64,000 bases of DNA, taken from contig CACNCB010000003.1 of assembly GCA_902618695.1 (NCBI GenBank), forward strand, positions 17,790 through 81,789, given 5' to 3'. Origin of the DNA: an uncultured Pelagibacteraceae bacterium (GTDB taxonomy: Bacteria; Pseudomonadota; Alphaproteobacteria; Pelagibacterales; Pelagibacteraceae). Made by a program: the position numbers and the translations under genes. This document shows, in pieces, positions 14,713-24,980 of the stretch; position 1 is the first letter of the stretch, and every line of letters begins with the position of its first letter. Below the pieces are notes generated by a model that was not told the DNA's origin, made no database searches, and saw only the letters and a program-made list of their open reading frames with translations.

Positions 14713-14715
14713 TTT

Positions 14716-15129
14716 TTAAAATTTAAAATATTCTTTAATGTCTTTTTGAAACAATAAATAAATACAAGAAATCTGAAATAATGTATTCAAACTTAAAATA
14801 AATCTAACAACCAATTCATTAAATCCTATTTCTGGTATAGGTCCATAAGGAGCAGCAAAACTTACATTTATTGCCCCAATTAAATCTAGCAAACCAATCA
14901 CATTCCAAGACACCAAAAGACCCCATAGTATAGTACTTGGTTTTTTTATAATGTAGTAAACCAAAAATAAAGCAGTTACTCCAATAAAAAAGTCACCCAC
15001 AAAAGGAATTATCCATTCGGACGGTGCTGAACGTTCATTTTGGGTAAAAATCCAAAACAAAAACAAACCTGACCCAACTGCTCTGAATGACATCCATCCA
15101 GTTACAAAAATAATCCAATTTAATTTCAT
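14716..15129 (-). CDS. hypothetical membrane protein (about 4 TM)
   Basis: 137-aa ORF with four hydrophobic stretches, 3 bp downstream of trxB. Confidence 0.7.
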   Translation of the reverse strand: MKLNWIIFVTGWMSFRAVGSGLFLFWIFTQNERSAPSEWIIPFVGDFFIGVTALFLVYYIIKKPSTILWGLLVSWNVIGLLDLIGAINVSFAAPYGPIPEIGFNELVVRFILSLNTLFQISCIYLLFQKDIKEYFKF

Positions 15130-15132
15130 TTT

Positions 15133-16077
15133 TTAGTGAGATAAAAATTTTTCTGCCTCAAGTGCAGCCATACATCCCATACCTGCAGCGGTTACAGCTT
15201 GTCTAAATGTTTTGTCTTTTACATCTCCAGCCGCATAAACACCAGGAACATTAGTTTCTGTTGAGTCAGGTTTGGTAATTAAATATCCCTCATTATCCAT
15301 TTTTAATTGATCTTTAAAAAGTTGAGTAGCTGGATCATGACCAATAGCAATGAATACGCCATCAAGTTTTAATTCTTGTATTTTATCTGTTTTAACATTT
15401 TTTATCTTTATTCCTTTGACATTTTTAGGATCTTTATCACCTAACACATCTTCAACTACAGAGTCCCAAATTATTTCTATTTTTTTATTTTCCATTAATT
15501 TTTTTTGAAGCATTTTTTCAGCTCTTAAACTATCTCTTCTGTGGATTAATTTTACTTTAGATGCAAACTTTGTAAGGAACATTGCTTCTTCAACCGCCGC
15601 ATTACCTCCTCCAACTACAGCAACTTCTTTATTTTTAAAAAAGAAACCGTCACAAGTTGCACAAGCAGAAACTCCAAATCCTCTAAATTCCTGTTCTGAT
15701 TTTATATTTAACCATCTTGCTTGAGCACCTGTTGAAATAATTATGCTATCAGCACTATATTTTTGTCCACTGTCGCCGATTGCTTCGAAAGGTTGTGATT
15801 TCAAATTCACAGATGCAATATGATCCTCAATCATTTCTGTTCCAACTGCTTTAGCTTGATCTTTCATTTGATCCATTAACCATGGACCCTGGATTACGTC
15901 TGCAAATCCCGGATAATTCTCTACATCTGTTGTAGTTGTTAATTGTCCACCAGGTTCTGCACCATAAACTAAAATTGGATTTAACATTGCACGAGCAGCA
16001 TATACCGCGGCTGTGTATCCGGCTGGACCAGATCCAATTATTAACACTTTTGTGTGTTTAGTTGGATTTTGACTCAT
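15133..16077 (-). CDS. trxB: thioredoxin reductase
   Basis: GSGPAG, SACATCDG, GGGNAA, AAGDV. Confidence 0.97.
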   Translation of the reverse strand: MSQNPTKHTKVLIIGSGPAGYTAAVYAARAMLNPILVYGAEPGGQLTTTTDVENYPGFADVIQGPWLMDQMKDQAKAVGTEMIEDHIASVNLKSQPFEAIGDSGQKYSADSIIISTGAQARWLNIKSEQEFRGFGVSACATCDGFFFKNKEVAVVGGGNAAVEEAMFLTKFASKVKLIHRRDSLRAEKMLQKKLMENKKIEIIWDSVVEDVLGDKDPKNVKGIKIKNVKTDKIQELKLDGVFIAIGHDPATQLFKDQLKMDNEGYLITKPDSTETNVPGVYAAGDVKDKTFRQAVTAAGMGCMAALEAEKFLSH

Positions 16078-16098
16078 ATGAGAGCTATATAGTGATTA

Positions 16099-17043
16099 AT
16101 GACTAAATTAAAAGGTATTTTATTAACACAAGGTATGCATGGAATGATAAGCCAAGTTGAAGGTTTGGCAAAAGCTTTAGATATTGAATTTACACACCAT
16201 AAGGTTGAACTAAATAATTTTTGGAATTTGCTCCCTCCAAAATTTACTCTTATTTCACAAAATGTTTATAAAAAAATTGATCATTTAGATTTTGATGTAA
16301 TTATATCTTGTGGAAGAAAGAGCGTAATTCCATCAATTCATTTAAAAAGTATTTCAAATAAAAAAGTATTTAATATCCATATCCAAGATCCAAAAGTAGA
16401 TTTAAATCATTTTGATTTTGTAATAGCTCCTGAACACGATGGAATAAAAGGCTCAAATGTAATTACCACTAAAGGGGCCATACACTATTTAACAACGAAA
16501 GAAATCGAGGATAATAAGCATTATTTAAATTCATTTATAAAAAAAGATGATAGAAAAATTTGGTCTTTAATTTTGGGTGGGCCTACCAAATACTATGATT
16601 ATTCAACAAAAAATATGAAACATATTTTTTCAATTTTTTATAAATTATTAAAGAAGCATAACTTTCAACTTGTGGTGATTCCATCACTGAGAACACCATT
16701 GAATACCATTCACTATGCTAAAGAATTTTTTGGCGAAAATCACACAATTATCATGAATGTTGATAAAAAAGCTTATTTATCAGCCCTAGGTTTATCTGAA
16801 AATATTGTGGTTACCTGTGACTCTAGCTCAATGATATCAGAAGCAGCTTTAACAGGTAAACCAATTTATGTAGCAAATATTTTACCGAAAAGAAATGATA
16901 AGAGATTTCAAAATTTTAGGAATTTATTTAGAGAATTAAACATTACAAGAAATTTAGGAGAAGAAATAGAAAATTGGAACTATGAAAAACTTGATGAAAC
17001 GAATAGAGTTGCAAAAATATTAAAAAGTAAAATTCAAAGTTAA
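16099..17043 (+). CDS. ELM1/GtrOC1-family (DUF1022) putative glycosyltransferase-like protein
   Basis: GMISQVEGLA, ISCGR, HIQDP..FDFVIAPEHD, VTCDSSSMISEAALTGKP. Confidence 0.8.
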   Translation: MTKLKGILLTQGMHGMISQVEGLAKALDIEFTHHKVELNNFWNLLPPKFTLISQNVYKKIDHLDFDVIISCGRKSVIPSIHLKSISNKKVFNIHIQDPKVDLNHFDFVIAPEHDGIKGSNVITTKGAIHYLTTKEIEDNKHYLNSFIKKDDRKIWSLILGGPTKYYDYSTKNMKHIFSIFYKLLKKHNFQLVVIPSLRTPLNTIHYAKEFFGENHTIIMNVDKKAYLSALGLSENIVVTCDSSSMISEAALTGKPIYVANILPKRNDKRFQNFRNLFRELNITRNLGEEIENWNYEKLDETNRVAKILKSKIQS

Positions 17044-17705
17044 TGTCATTTTTAAACTCAATTAAAAGTAATTCAAAACAATACAATTTCCCTTTTGATC
17101 ATTGGGAATATAGCAATGCTTTATCTGAGGAAGCAATTGATGAAATAGTTAAAGCAGATATTCCTGATGTAAGTAAACACAATCTTAATTACGATGGCAC
17201 TAGAGCAATAGATGGTGGAGCTGCAGAATTTAGAGAAGGAATAGCCTCGGGAGGACAAGCAATAAAATTTAGATGTTTTATAAACAAAGAAAACTCTAAA
17301 CAATTTCCAAATTTAGTTAAATTTATAAATGAACTTCAGTCTAAAGAAACATATGAAGCAATTTCAAAAATGATAAATAAAGATTTATCAAATTCTTATG
17401 TAAGAGTTGAAGTTATATGTGATCGAGAAGGTTTCTGGCTTAAACCTCATTGTGATATAAAAGAAAAACTTATGTCAGGATTGATATTTGTTAATAAAAC
17501 AAATGAGTCTGAGGATTTAGGTACTGACTTTTATAATGAAAAATTAGAGAAAGTTAAGACACTTCCTTATAAACACAATTTTGGTTATCTGTTTACTAGT
17601 GGACCAAATACCTGGCATGGAATGGAAAAAAAAAAAATTTTAAAAGAAAGACGATGTTTGCAAGTTAATTATGTGACATTTGAAACTGATTGGAGAGTTG
17701 AATAG
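17043..17705 (+). CDS. 2OG-Fe(II) oxygenase superfamily protein
   Basis: WLKPHCD (HxD), TWHG (distal His), RRCLQVNY (2OG-binding Arg); TAATG coupling to the ELM1 gene. Confidence 0.75.
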   Translation: MSFLNSIKSNSKQYNFPFDHWEYSNALSEEAIDEIVKADIPDVSKHNLNYDGTRAIDGGAAEFREGIASGGQAIKFRCFINKENSKQFPNLVKFINELQSKETYEAISKMINKDLSNSYVRVEVICDREGFWLKPHCDIKEKLMSGLIFVNKTNESEDLGTDFYNEKLEKVKTLPYKHNFGYLFTSGPNTWHGMEKKKILKERRCLQVNYVTFETDWRVE

Positions 17706-17708
17706 TTT

Positions 17709-18434
17709 TTATTTTTCCCAATCAAACCTTGGAAAAGAGTCGAAAACTTTAAAAATACCCTCAGACCATTGATTACAAACCTTTGAATAATTTTCATCTG
17801 TAATATTTAAACACTCAAGTGTAGATAGATTATCTGCATCTTTTTTTAGCACTGCAAAATCTATTGGAGGCCCAACAGTAAGATCACTTTTTAAAGTAGA
17901 ATCCATTGAAATCAGAGCACATCTTGATGCATCACCAATTGAAACATTTGGTTTAATAACCCTATCAAGAATTGGTTTTCCATATTTGACCTCCCCAATT
18001 ACAAGATAAGGTTTGCTGTCTGCAGGTCTTATATAATTTCCTTGTGGATATATTAAATATAGCTCGTGTTGCTGACCTTTGATTTGTCCTCCAACTATAA
18101 ATGTTGAACCAAGTAAGACATTATCTGTATTAATTCCTTGAGGTGAGGAGTGCTCAATATTAAGTGAACCAATGTAGGAAGCTATTTGTTCGAAATCAGA
18201 GCATGTGTTTAAGTTCATAATCCCGGTTGAGCTTTTTAAATCTTTCTCAATTGATTTGTAAACTGCTTGAGAGGTACCTAAATTTCCCGAAGTAACTATT
18301 ACAACTGTTCTATCACCTACATCGTGAGTCATCATTTTGGAATAAATATTTACATTATCTAATCCAGCATTTGTTCTTGAGTCTGAGGCAAACACAAGAC
18401 CGTCATTTGTTTTAATTCCTATGCAGTAAGTCAT
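17709..18434 (-). CDS. Anbu proteasome-type Ntn-hydrolase peptidase
   Basis: M-TYCIG (Thr1 nucleophile), SDSRTNAG.DN, SGNL, IYPQGNYI, GE.KYGKPILDR, SMDST.KS.L.VGPP.D. Confidence 0.9.
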   Translation of the reverse strand: MTYCIGIKTNDGLVFASDSRTNAGLDNVNIYSKMMTHDVGDRTVVIVTSGNLGTSQAVYKSIEKDLKSSTGIMNLNTCSDFEQIASYIGSLNIEHSSPQGINTDNVLLGSTFIVGGQIKGQQHELYLIYPQGNYIRPADSKPYLVIGEVKYGKPILDRVIKPNVSIGDASRCALISMDSTLKSDLTVGPPIDFAVLKKDADNLSTLECLNITDENYSKVCNQWSEGIFKVFDSFPRFDWEK

Positions 18435-18483
18435 TGAGTAAAATAATTAGTTAATTATAACATTTTTTTAAAATCAATTAAAA

Positions 18484-18507
18484 GCATAACAGATATATCT
18501 AAAATGC
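18484..18507. promoter_or_regulatory. 24-bp dyad, candidate operator of the divergent Anbu / ATP-grasp promoter
   Basis: GCAT-N3-AGATATATCT-N3-ATGC. Confidence 0.35.
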
Positions 18508-18546
18508 ATTTGCTTATTTAATTTAAGTATTAAACACTAAAATTCT

Positions 18547-19992
18547 ATGATTTCAAAACTTTGGAAAAACTATAATTCAAGTCATGCTTATGATGGTTAT
18601 TTTACTAAAGATAATAAACTTCGGAAACATGCTGCAATAATTTCATCAATTTTAGAAAGATACGGTAAAAAAAAACTTCAAGAAATTGAAAAAAATTGTC
18701 AAAGTACAATTAGTGCCAGAGGTATTAATTTTAGAGTATACGCAGCTAACAATAGGGCAGAAGAAAAAAAATGGCCTCTTGATATAATACCAAGAATAAT
18801 ACCTAAAACACAATGGAACAAAGTTTCAAAGGGTTTAAAGCAGCGTGTAAAGGCGTTAAATTTATTTATTGATGATGTTTATAATCAAAAAAAAATATTC
18901 AAAGATAAAGTAGTACCAAAAGAAATTATTTTTAATTCTCCATTTTATGTAAAGGAATGTGAAGGTTTTTCTCCTAAACACAAAGCTTGGTCAAATATTT
19001 CTGGAATTGATTTAATTAGAAATACTAATGGTGATTATTTAGTTTTAGAGGATAATTTAAGAGTACCCTCGGGTGTATCTTATATGCTTGAAAACAGGAT
19101 GGTGATGCGAGATGTATTTCCTGAATTATTTACAAGATATAAAGTTGCATCAATTCATCAATACACAAATAAATTATTTAACTGCATGGTTGAATGTATT
19201 CCAAAAAAAACTTCAAACCCTCATATGGTAGTTTTAACACCCGGTATATATAACTCTGCTTATTTTGAGCACTCTTTCTTAGCTGAACAGATGGGCATTG
19301 CTTTGGTTGAGGGAAAAGATTTATTTGTTGAGAACGATATTGTTTATATGAAGACTGTCAAAGGTCCATTAAAGGTTGATTGTATCTATAGACGTCTTGA
19401 TGACAATTTTTTAGATCCAAAAGTATTTTTCAAAGATTCACTGATTGGGGTGCCAGGATTATTTAAAAGCTGGCGCAAAGGAAATGTTGGTATAATTAAT
19501 GCAATTGGGACAGGTGTTGCTGACGACAAGGTAGTTTATTCTTATGTTAACAAAATGATTGTTTATTATCTAGGTGAACAACCTATCTTAAATCAGGTAG
19601 AAACATACTTATGTCATAATAAAAATGAGAGAAACTATGTTATTGAAAATATTTCTAAGTTAGTCGTTAAACCTGCTAACGCATCTGGTGGTTATGGTAT
19701 AATGATTGGTCCTAAAGCAGACAAAAAAGAAAGAGATGAGGTAATAGCTAAAATCAAAAAAAATCCAAGAGAATACATTGCACAACCTCTCGAAACTCTT
19801 TCAACTGCGCCTACAATTACTGAAAATGATATTGAACCAAGACATCTTGATTTAAGACCATTTGTACTTAGTGGAAAAACTACATATGTCAGCACAGGAG
19901 GATTAACTAGGGTTGCGCTTAGGAAAGGGAGCACAATTGTAAATAGTTCACAAGGTGGAGGGTCTAAAGACACTTTAATTGTTGATGTATAG
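18547..19992 (+). CDS. circularly permuted type 2 ATP-grasp protein (glutathione-synthetase-like peptide ligase)
   Basis: WPLDIIPRII, VLEDNLRVPSGVSYMLENR, LTPGIYNSAYFEH, YRRLDD..LDP, GTGVADDK, KP...GGYG, DLRPF, NSSQGGGSKDT. Confidence 0.9.
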   Translation: MISKLWKNYNSSHAYDGYFTKDNKLRKHAAIISSILERYGKKKLQEIEKNCQSTISARGINFRVYAANNRAEEKKWPLDIIPRIIPKTQWNKVSKGLKQRVKALNLFIDDVYNQKKIFKDKVVPKEIIFNSPFYVKECEGFSPKHKAWSNISGIDLIRNTNGDYLVLEDNLRVPSGVSYMLENRMVMRDVFPELFTRYKVASIHQYTNKLFNCMVECIPKKTSNPHMVVLTPGIYNSAYFEHSFLAEQMGIALVEGKDLFVENDIVYMKTVKGPLKVDCIYRRLDDNFLDPKVFFKDSLIGVPGLFKSWRKGNVGIINAIGTGVADDKVVYSYVNKMIVYYLGEQPILNQVETYLCHNKNERNYVIENISKLVVKPANASGGYGIMIGPKADKKERDEVIAKIKKNPREYIAQPLETLSTAPTITENDIEPRHLDLRPFVLSGKTTYVSTGGLTRVALRKGSTIVNSSQGGGSKDTLIVDV

Positions 19993-19994
19993 AT

Positions 19995-22900
19995 TTATAT
20001 ATCTTGAAGAGAATTAACTTCTAATTTTTTAGTTTTAAGTGATTTTATTGCTTCCAGACATGCTTGAGCAGTAGACATATTAGTACAATAAGGAACTTTA
20101 TTTTTAAGCGTTGCTCTTCTTAATGCTATAGCATCACTTAATCGATATTCAGTGTTTCCACCTCCAGTATTTATTACCAATGCAATCTTTTTGGAGTCTA
20201 AAACATCCACTATGTGAGGAGTGCCACTGCTAACTTTATTAATAATTTTACATTTCATTCCATGTTTTCGAATATATTCAGCAGTTCCTTTAGTTGCACA
20301 TAACTTAAATTTAAGTTTTAAAAGATCTTTTGCTAAATCCAATCCTTCGTCTTTATGTGAGTCTTTTAGAGATATGAAAGCCAATCCTTCTTTTGGTAAT
20401 GAGTTAGCTGCCGCTATTTGACTTTTGGCAAAAGCCATTCCAAAATTTTTATCAAATCCCATAACTTCACCAGTTGATTTCATTTCTGGTCCTAACAACA
20501 AGTCACTATTTGGAAATTTATTAAATGGGAATACAGCTTCTTTAACCGCATACATACCTTTGGATCTATCCTTTAAATTGAACTTAGATAATTTTTCACC
20601 AGCCATTACTCTTGATGCAATTTTAGCTAGAGGCAAACCTTTTGCTTTTGATACAAAAGGAACTGTTCGACTGGCTCTTGGATTAACTTCAATCACATAA
20701 ATTTCATCTTTTTTTATTGCAAATTGTATATTCATAAAACCTTTAACATTTAATGCTATTGCTAATTTTTTTGTTTGATTTTCAATTTCTTTAATAAGGT
20801 AAGGTTTGATAGATACAGGGGGAAGACTACATGCTGAATCTCCTGAATGAATTCCGGCCTCCTCGATATGCTGCATAATACCCGCAACATGCACTTGTTT
20901 TCCATCTGATATAGCATCTACATCTACTTCCATTGCATGATCAATAAATTTATCAATTAAGATTGGATTTTCTTCTGCAGCTTTAAATGCCTCTTCAACA
21001 AATTTTTTAAGTTGATTTTTTTCATGAACAATTTCCATTGCTCTTCCTCCTAAAACATACGAAGGTCTTACCATTAATGGCAATCCTATTTTATCTGCAA
21101 TTTTTATTGCTTGGTTAAATGTCTTTGCAATTCCGCTCTCTGCCTGCTTAAGTTTTAATTTATTTAATAAATTTCTAAATCGGTCTCTATCTTCTGCTAA
21201 ATCAATAGAGGCATACTGTGTTCCTAAAATTGGAAGTTTGTTGTCATGTAAAAATTTAGCAAGCTTAATTGGAGTTTGGCCACCAAACTGGGCTATTACA
21301 CCTATAAGATTTCCTTTTTCTTGTTCTTTTTTGATTATATTAAAAACGTATTCTTCTTTTAAAGGTTCAAAGTATAATCGATCACTCGTATCATAGTCTG
21401 TTGATACTGTTTCAGGGTTACAATTAACCATGATAGTCTCAAAACCTGCGTCTTTTAATGAAAAACTTGCCTGACAACAGCAATAATCAAACTCAATTCC
21501 TTGACCAATTCTATTTGGTCCACCTCCAAGAATAATTATTTTTTTCTTATTTGATGGATCGGCTTCACATTCAGAGTTAATTGAAAAATTTCTTTGATAA
21601 GTTGAGTATATATATGGAGTAAAAGATTTGAATTCGGCTGCACAAGTATCTACTTTTTTATAAACTGGATTTATTTTAAGCGCTGATCTTTTTCTTCTAA
21701 CAACGTCTTCAGAAATTTTAGTTAATTCTGAAAGTTTTTTATCTGAAAATCCTATTGATTTTATTTTATTAAATTCTACAAAATCTTTTGGAAGTCCTTT
21801 ATTTTTTATCTGTTTTTCACAATCAACTATTTCTTTAATTTGTTCTAAAAACCAAGGGTCAATTTTAGATAAATTGTATATTCTCTTTAAGTTTATTTTT
21901 TTTCTAATTGCTTCAGCGACTAGCAATAGCTTATTCGGAATAGTTTCTTTAAGTTTCTTCTCAATTTGTTTTTTATTTAAATCAAAAATTCTGTCTAAAC
22001 CTGAAAAACCTGTCTCCAGAGACACCAAAGCTTTTTGAAGAGATTCTTTAAAATTTCTTCCTATTGCCATTGCTTCACCTACTGATTTCATAGATGTTCC
22101 TAAAGTTGCAGGAGAAGTTGAAAATTTTTCAAAAGTAAATCTTGGAATTTTAGTTACCACATAATCTATACTTGGTTCAAATGATGCAGGAGTAACTTTA
22201 GTTATTTCATTTTTTAATTCATCCAGAGTAAAACCAACCGCTAATTTTGCAGCTACTTTCGCAATTGGAAATCCAGTTGCTTTTGATGCAAGTGCTGATG
22301 ATCTTGACACACGTGGATTCATTTCAATGATAACCATTCGACCATTTTTAGGATTGATAGCAAACTGAACATTTGATCCTCCAGTTTCAACTCCAATTTT
22401 TCTCAAACATGTAATAGATGCATTTCTCATTACTTGGTATTCTTTATCTGTAAGTGTAAGAGCTGGTGCAATTGTTACTGAGTCACCCGTATGAATTCCC
22501 ATTGGATCTATATTTTCAATAGAACAAATGATGATACAGTTATCTTTCTTATCTCTTACAACCTCCATCTCAAATTCTTTCCAACCCTCTAAACATTCCT
22601 CTACAAGCACTTGGCTTACTGGAGATTCATGCAATCCATTTTTAACAATCTTAAAATAATCTTTTTTTGTTTTAGCTATTCCCCCACCAAGCCCACCAAG
22701 TGTAAAAGCAGGTCTTATAATTGCAGGTAAACCAATTTTTTTTAATACTTTCGATGCTTGATTATTATTATTCACGATTTCTGATTTTGGTAAATCTAAA
22801 CCAATATCTATCATATTTTTTCTAAATTTCTTTCTATCCTCGGCATTAGAAATTGCTTTAGAATTTGCTCCTATCAACTCAATTTTGTATTTTTTTAAAA

Positions 22901-23219
22901 TTCCTTTTTTCTCTGCTTCCATTGCAAGGTTAAGCGCAGTTTGTCCCCCCATTGTTGGAAGAATTGCATCGGGTTTTTCTTTCTTTAGAATTTTTTCTAA
23001 TACATCTAGTGTAATTGGTTCAATATAAGTTTTATCCGCAACATCTGGATCAGTCATAATTGTTGCAGGATTTGAATTTATTAAGACTACTTTATAACCC
23101 TCATCTTTAAGAGCTTTACACGCTTGTGTCCCTGAATAATCAAATTCACACGCTTGTCCTATAATTATTGGACCAGCTCCCACGACTAAAATTTTTTCAA
23201 TATCTTTTCTTTTTGGCAT
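19995..23219 (-). CDS. carB: carbamoyl-phosphate synthase large subunit
   Basis: [15 protein letters not shown], duplicated ATP-grasp halves, [12 protein letters not shown] domain. Confidence 0.98.
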   Translation of the reverse strand: MPKRKDIEKILVVGAGPIIIGQACEFDYSGTQACKALKDEGYKVVLINSNPATIMTDPDVADKTYIEPITLDVLEKILKKEKPDAILPTMGGQTALNLAMEAEKKGILKKYKIELIGANSKAISNAEDRKKFRKNMIDIGLDLPKSEIVNNNNQASKVLKKIGLPAIIRPAFTLGGLGGGIAKTKKDYFKIVKNGLHESPVSQVLVEECLEGWKEFEMEVVRDKKDNCIIICSIENIDPMGIHTGDSVTIAPALTLTDKEYQVMRNASITCLRKIGVETGGSNVQFAINPKNGRMVIIEMNPRVSRSSALASKATGFPIAKVAAKLAVGFTLDELKNEITKVTPASFEPSIDYVVTKIPRFTFEKFSTSPATLGTSMKSVGEAMAIGRNFKESLQKALVSLETGFSGLDRIFDLNKKQIEKKLKETIPNKLLLVAEAIRKKINLKRIYNLSKIDPWFLEQIKEIVDCEKQIKNKGLPKDFVEFNKIKSIGFSDKKLSELTKISEDVVRRKRSALKINPVYKKVDTCAAEFKSFTPYIYSTYQRNFSINSECEADPSNKKKIIILGGGPNRIGQGIEFDYCCCQASFSLKDAGFETIMVNCNPETVSTDYDTSDRLYFEPLKEEYVFNIIKKEQEKGNLIGVIAQFGGQTPIKLAKFLHDNKLPILGTQYASIDLAEDRDRFRNLLNKLKLKQAESGIAKTFNQAIKIADKIGLPLMVRPSYVLGGRAMEIVHEKNQLKKFVEEAFKAAEENPILIDKFIDHAMEVDVDAISDGKQVHVAGIMQHIEEAGIHSGDSACSLPPVSIKPYLIKEIENQTKKLAIALNVKGFMNIQFAIKKDEIYVIEVNPRASRTVPFVSKAKGLPLAKIASRVMAGEKLSKFNLKDRSKGMYAVKEAVFPFNKFPNSDLLLGPEMKSTGEVMGFDKNFGMAFAKSQIAAANSLPKEGLAFISLKDSHKDEGLDLAKDLLKLKFKLCATKGTAEYIRKHGMKCKIINKVSSGTPHIVDVLDSKKIALVINTGGGNTEYRLSDAIALRRATLKNKVPYCTNMSTAQACLEAIKSLKTKKLEVNSLQDI

Positions 23220-24393
23220 TTTTTTTCATGTTGTTAATAAATTCTTGAAACAAATAAACACTATCTTGGGGTCCAGGATTAGATTCTGGATGATATTGGA
23301 CTGAAAATATTGGTTTATTTTTTAGCTTTATTCCTTCAATAGTATTATCAAACAGAGATTTATGAGTTACTTCAATTTTTTTTGGTAAAGTTTCTTCAAC
23401 TACTACAAACCCATGATTTTGACTGGTAATTTCAACTTTGTCTTGTACTAAATTTTTAACAGGATGGTTTGCACCTCTATGTCCTAACTTCATTTTTTTT
23501 GTTTTGCCACCTAAAGCTAATGCCAAAATCTGATGACCTAAACAAATACCAAATATAGGTAAATTATTTTTTACAAGTTCATTAATTATAGCGATTGAAT
23601 ACTTTCCAGTTGCGGCTGGGTCTCCTGGTCCATTGGATAAAAAAATTCCATTTGGTTTCAAACTTAGTATTTTTTGTGCATTTGTTTTGCAAGAAACAAC
23701 AGTGACCTTGCAGTTGAAGTCAGAGAAATATCTTAATATATTTTTTTTTATTCCATAATCAATTGCAACTACATGAAATAAATTTTTATTATTCTTTTTA
23801 TATCCTGTCCCTTTTTTCCAGGTTTGAAGACCTCTCCAAGTATAATTTTTCTTAGTAGAAACTACTTGTGCAAGATCTAAATTTTCTAATCCACTCCATT
23901 TGATTGTGTTATTAGTTAGTTTTCTAATATTAAATTTGCCATTTTTTGAATAATATATTGTTCCCTTAGGTGCCCCTTTATCTCTTATAAAGTTTGTAAG
24001 ACTTCTGGTGTCTAAGCCAGTAATTCCAACAATTTTATTTTTCTTTAACCAAGCGTCTAAATGTAGAAAAGATCTATAGTTTGAGGGTGACGTTATTTCT
24101 GAGTTAATTATTACTCCTTTTGCCCATATTTTATCAGACTCATGATCTTCCTTATTGGTCCCAACATTTCCTATATGAGGAAAGGTAAAGTTAATAATTT
24201 GACCCGCATATGAAGGATCAGAAATGATTTCCTGATACCCTGTTAATGATGTATTAAAGCAAACTTCGCCTGTTGCTTCTCCTTGGTATCCAACTCCAAT
24301 TCCTTTAAATACCTTTTTATTTTCAAGAACTAAAACGCCTGTAATGATTTTTGATTTTATATTTGAGTTAGTTTTTTTTGCTTTTTTCTTCAA
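23197..24393 (-). CDS. carA: carbamoyl-phosphate synthase small subunit
   Basis: [26 protein letters not shown]; TTG start. Confidence 0.97.
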   Translation of the reverse strand: MKKKAKKTNSNIKSKIITGVLVLENKKVFKGIGVGYQGEATGEVCFNTSLTGYQEIISDPSYAGQIINFTFPHIGNVGTNKEDHESDKIWAKGVIINSEITSPSNYRSFLHLDAWLKKNKIVGITGLDTRSLTNFIRDKGAPKGTIYYSKNGKFNIRKLTNNTIKWSGLENLDLAQVVSTKKNYTWRGLQTWKKGTGYKKNNKNLFHVVAIDYGIKKNILRYFSDFNCKVTVVSCKTNAQKILSLKPNGIFLSNGPGDPAATGKYSIAIINELVKNNLPIFGICLGHQILALALGGKTKKMKLGHRGANHPVKNLVQDKVEITSQNHGFVVVEETLPKKIEVTHKSLFDNTIEGIKLKNKPIFSVQYHPESNPGPQDSVYLFQEFINNMKKNAKKKRY

Positions 24394-24518
24394 TTACAAC
24401 TCATGAGTTAAAGGTTAATACAATAATTGCTTTATTATCGCAACAGAGATGTAATATAAAATTGTAAAAAAACAATTTTTCTTTTGAAGAATTTTTTCTT
24501 TAAAGTAGATTAAAAATT

Positions 24519-24980
24519 ATGTCATTAAAACAGACTATCGAAAACGAATATAAAAATGCTTTAAAATCTAAAGATAAAAATAAAATATCAACCTATAGGT
24601 TAATATTATCTTCTATTAAGGATTTGGACATTGTTAACAGATCAGGACCTAATAAAAAGGAAACTGATGATGAGGACATTAAGAAGCTTTTGAAAAAAAT
24701 GGTTAAGCAACGAGCCGAATCGATCGATATTTATAAAAAAAATAATAGAACAGATCTTTTAGAGGTTGAGCAAAATGAATATGATATTTTAACAAGTTTC
24801 CTCCCAAAGCAGCTCAGTGAAGAGGAAACAAAGAAAATTTGTGAAGATGTTATTTCGAAAATTGGAGCAAACTCATTAAAAGATATGGGAAAAGTTATGG
24901 GCGAACTTAAAAAAACTCGTGCAGATGAAATTGATTTTTCTAAAGCAGGATCAATCATCAAAGAATTGTTGAACAAATAA
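24519..24980 (+). CDS. GatB/YqeY domain protein
   Basis: K.ALKSKD, KQRAES...Y, LPKQLSEEE, KDMGKVMG. Confidence 0.9.
   Translation: MSLKQTIENEYKNALKSKDKNKISTYRLILSSIKDLDIVNRSGPNKKETDDEDIKKLLKKMVKQRAESIDIYKKNNRTDLLEVEQNEYDILTSFLPKQLSEEETKKICEDVISKIGANSLKDMGKVMGELKKTRADEIDFSKAGSIIKELLNK

Noticed and set aside
24390-24409. Palindrome AACTCATGAGTT and a 4-residue uORF (MSCN*) overlapping the carA TTG start
   Set aside because: No Arg codons or pyrimidine-attenuator structure; too short to distinguish from chance.
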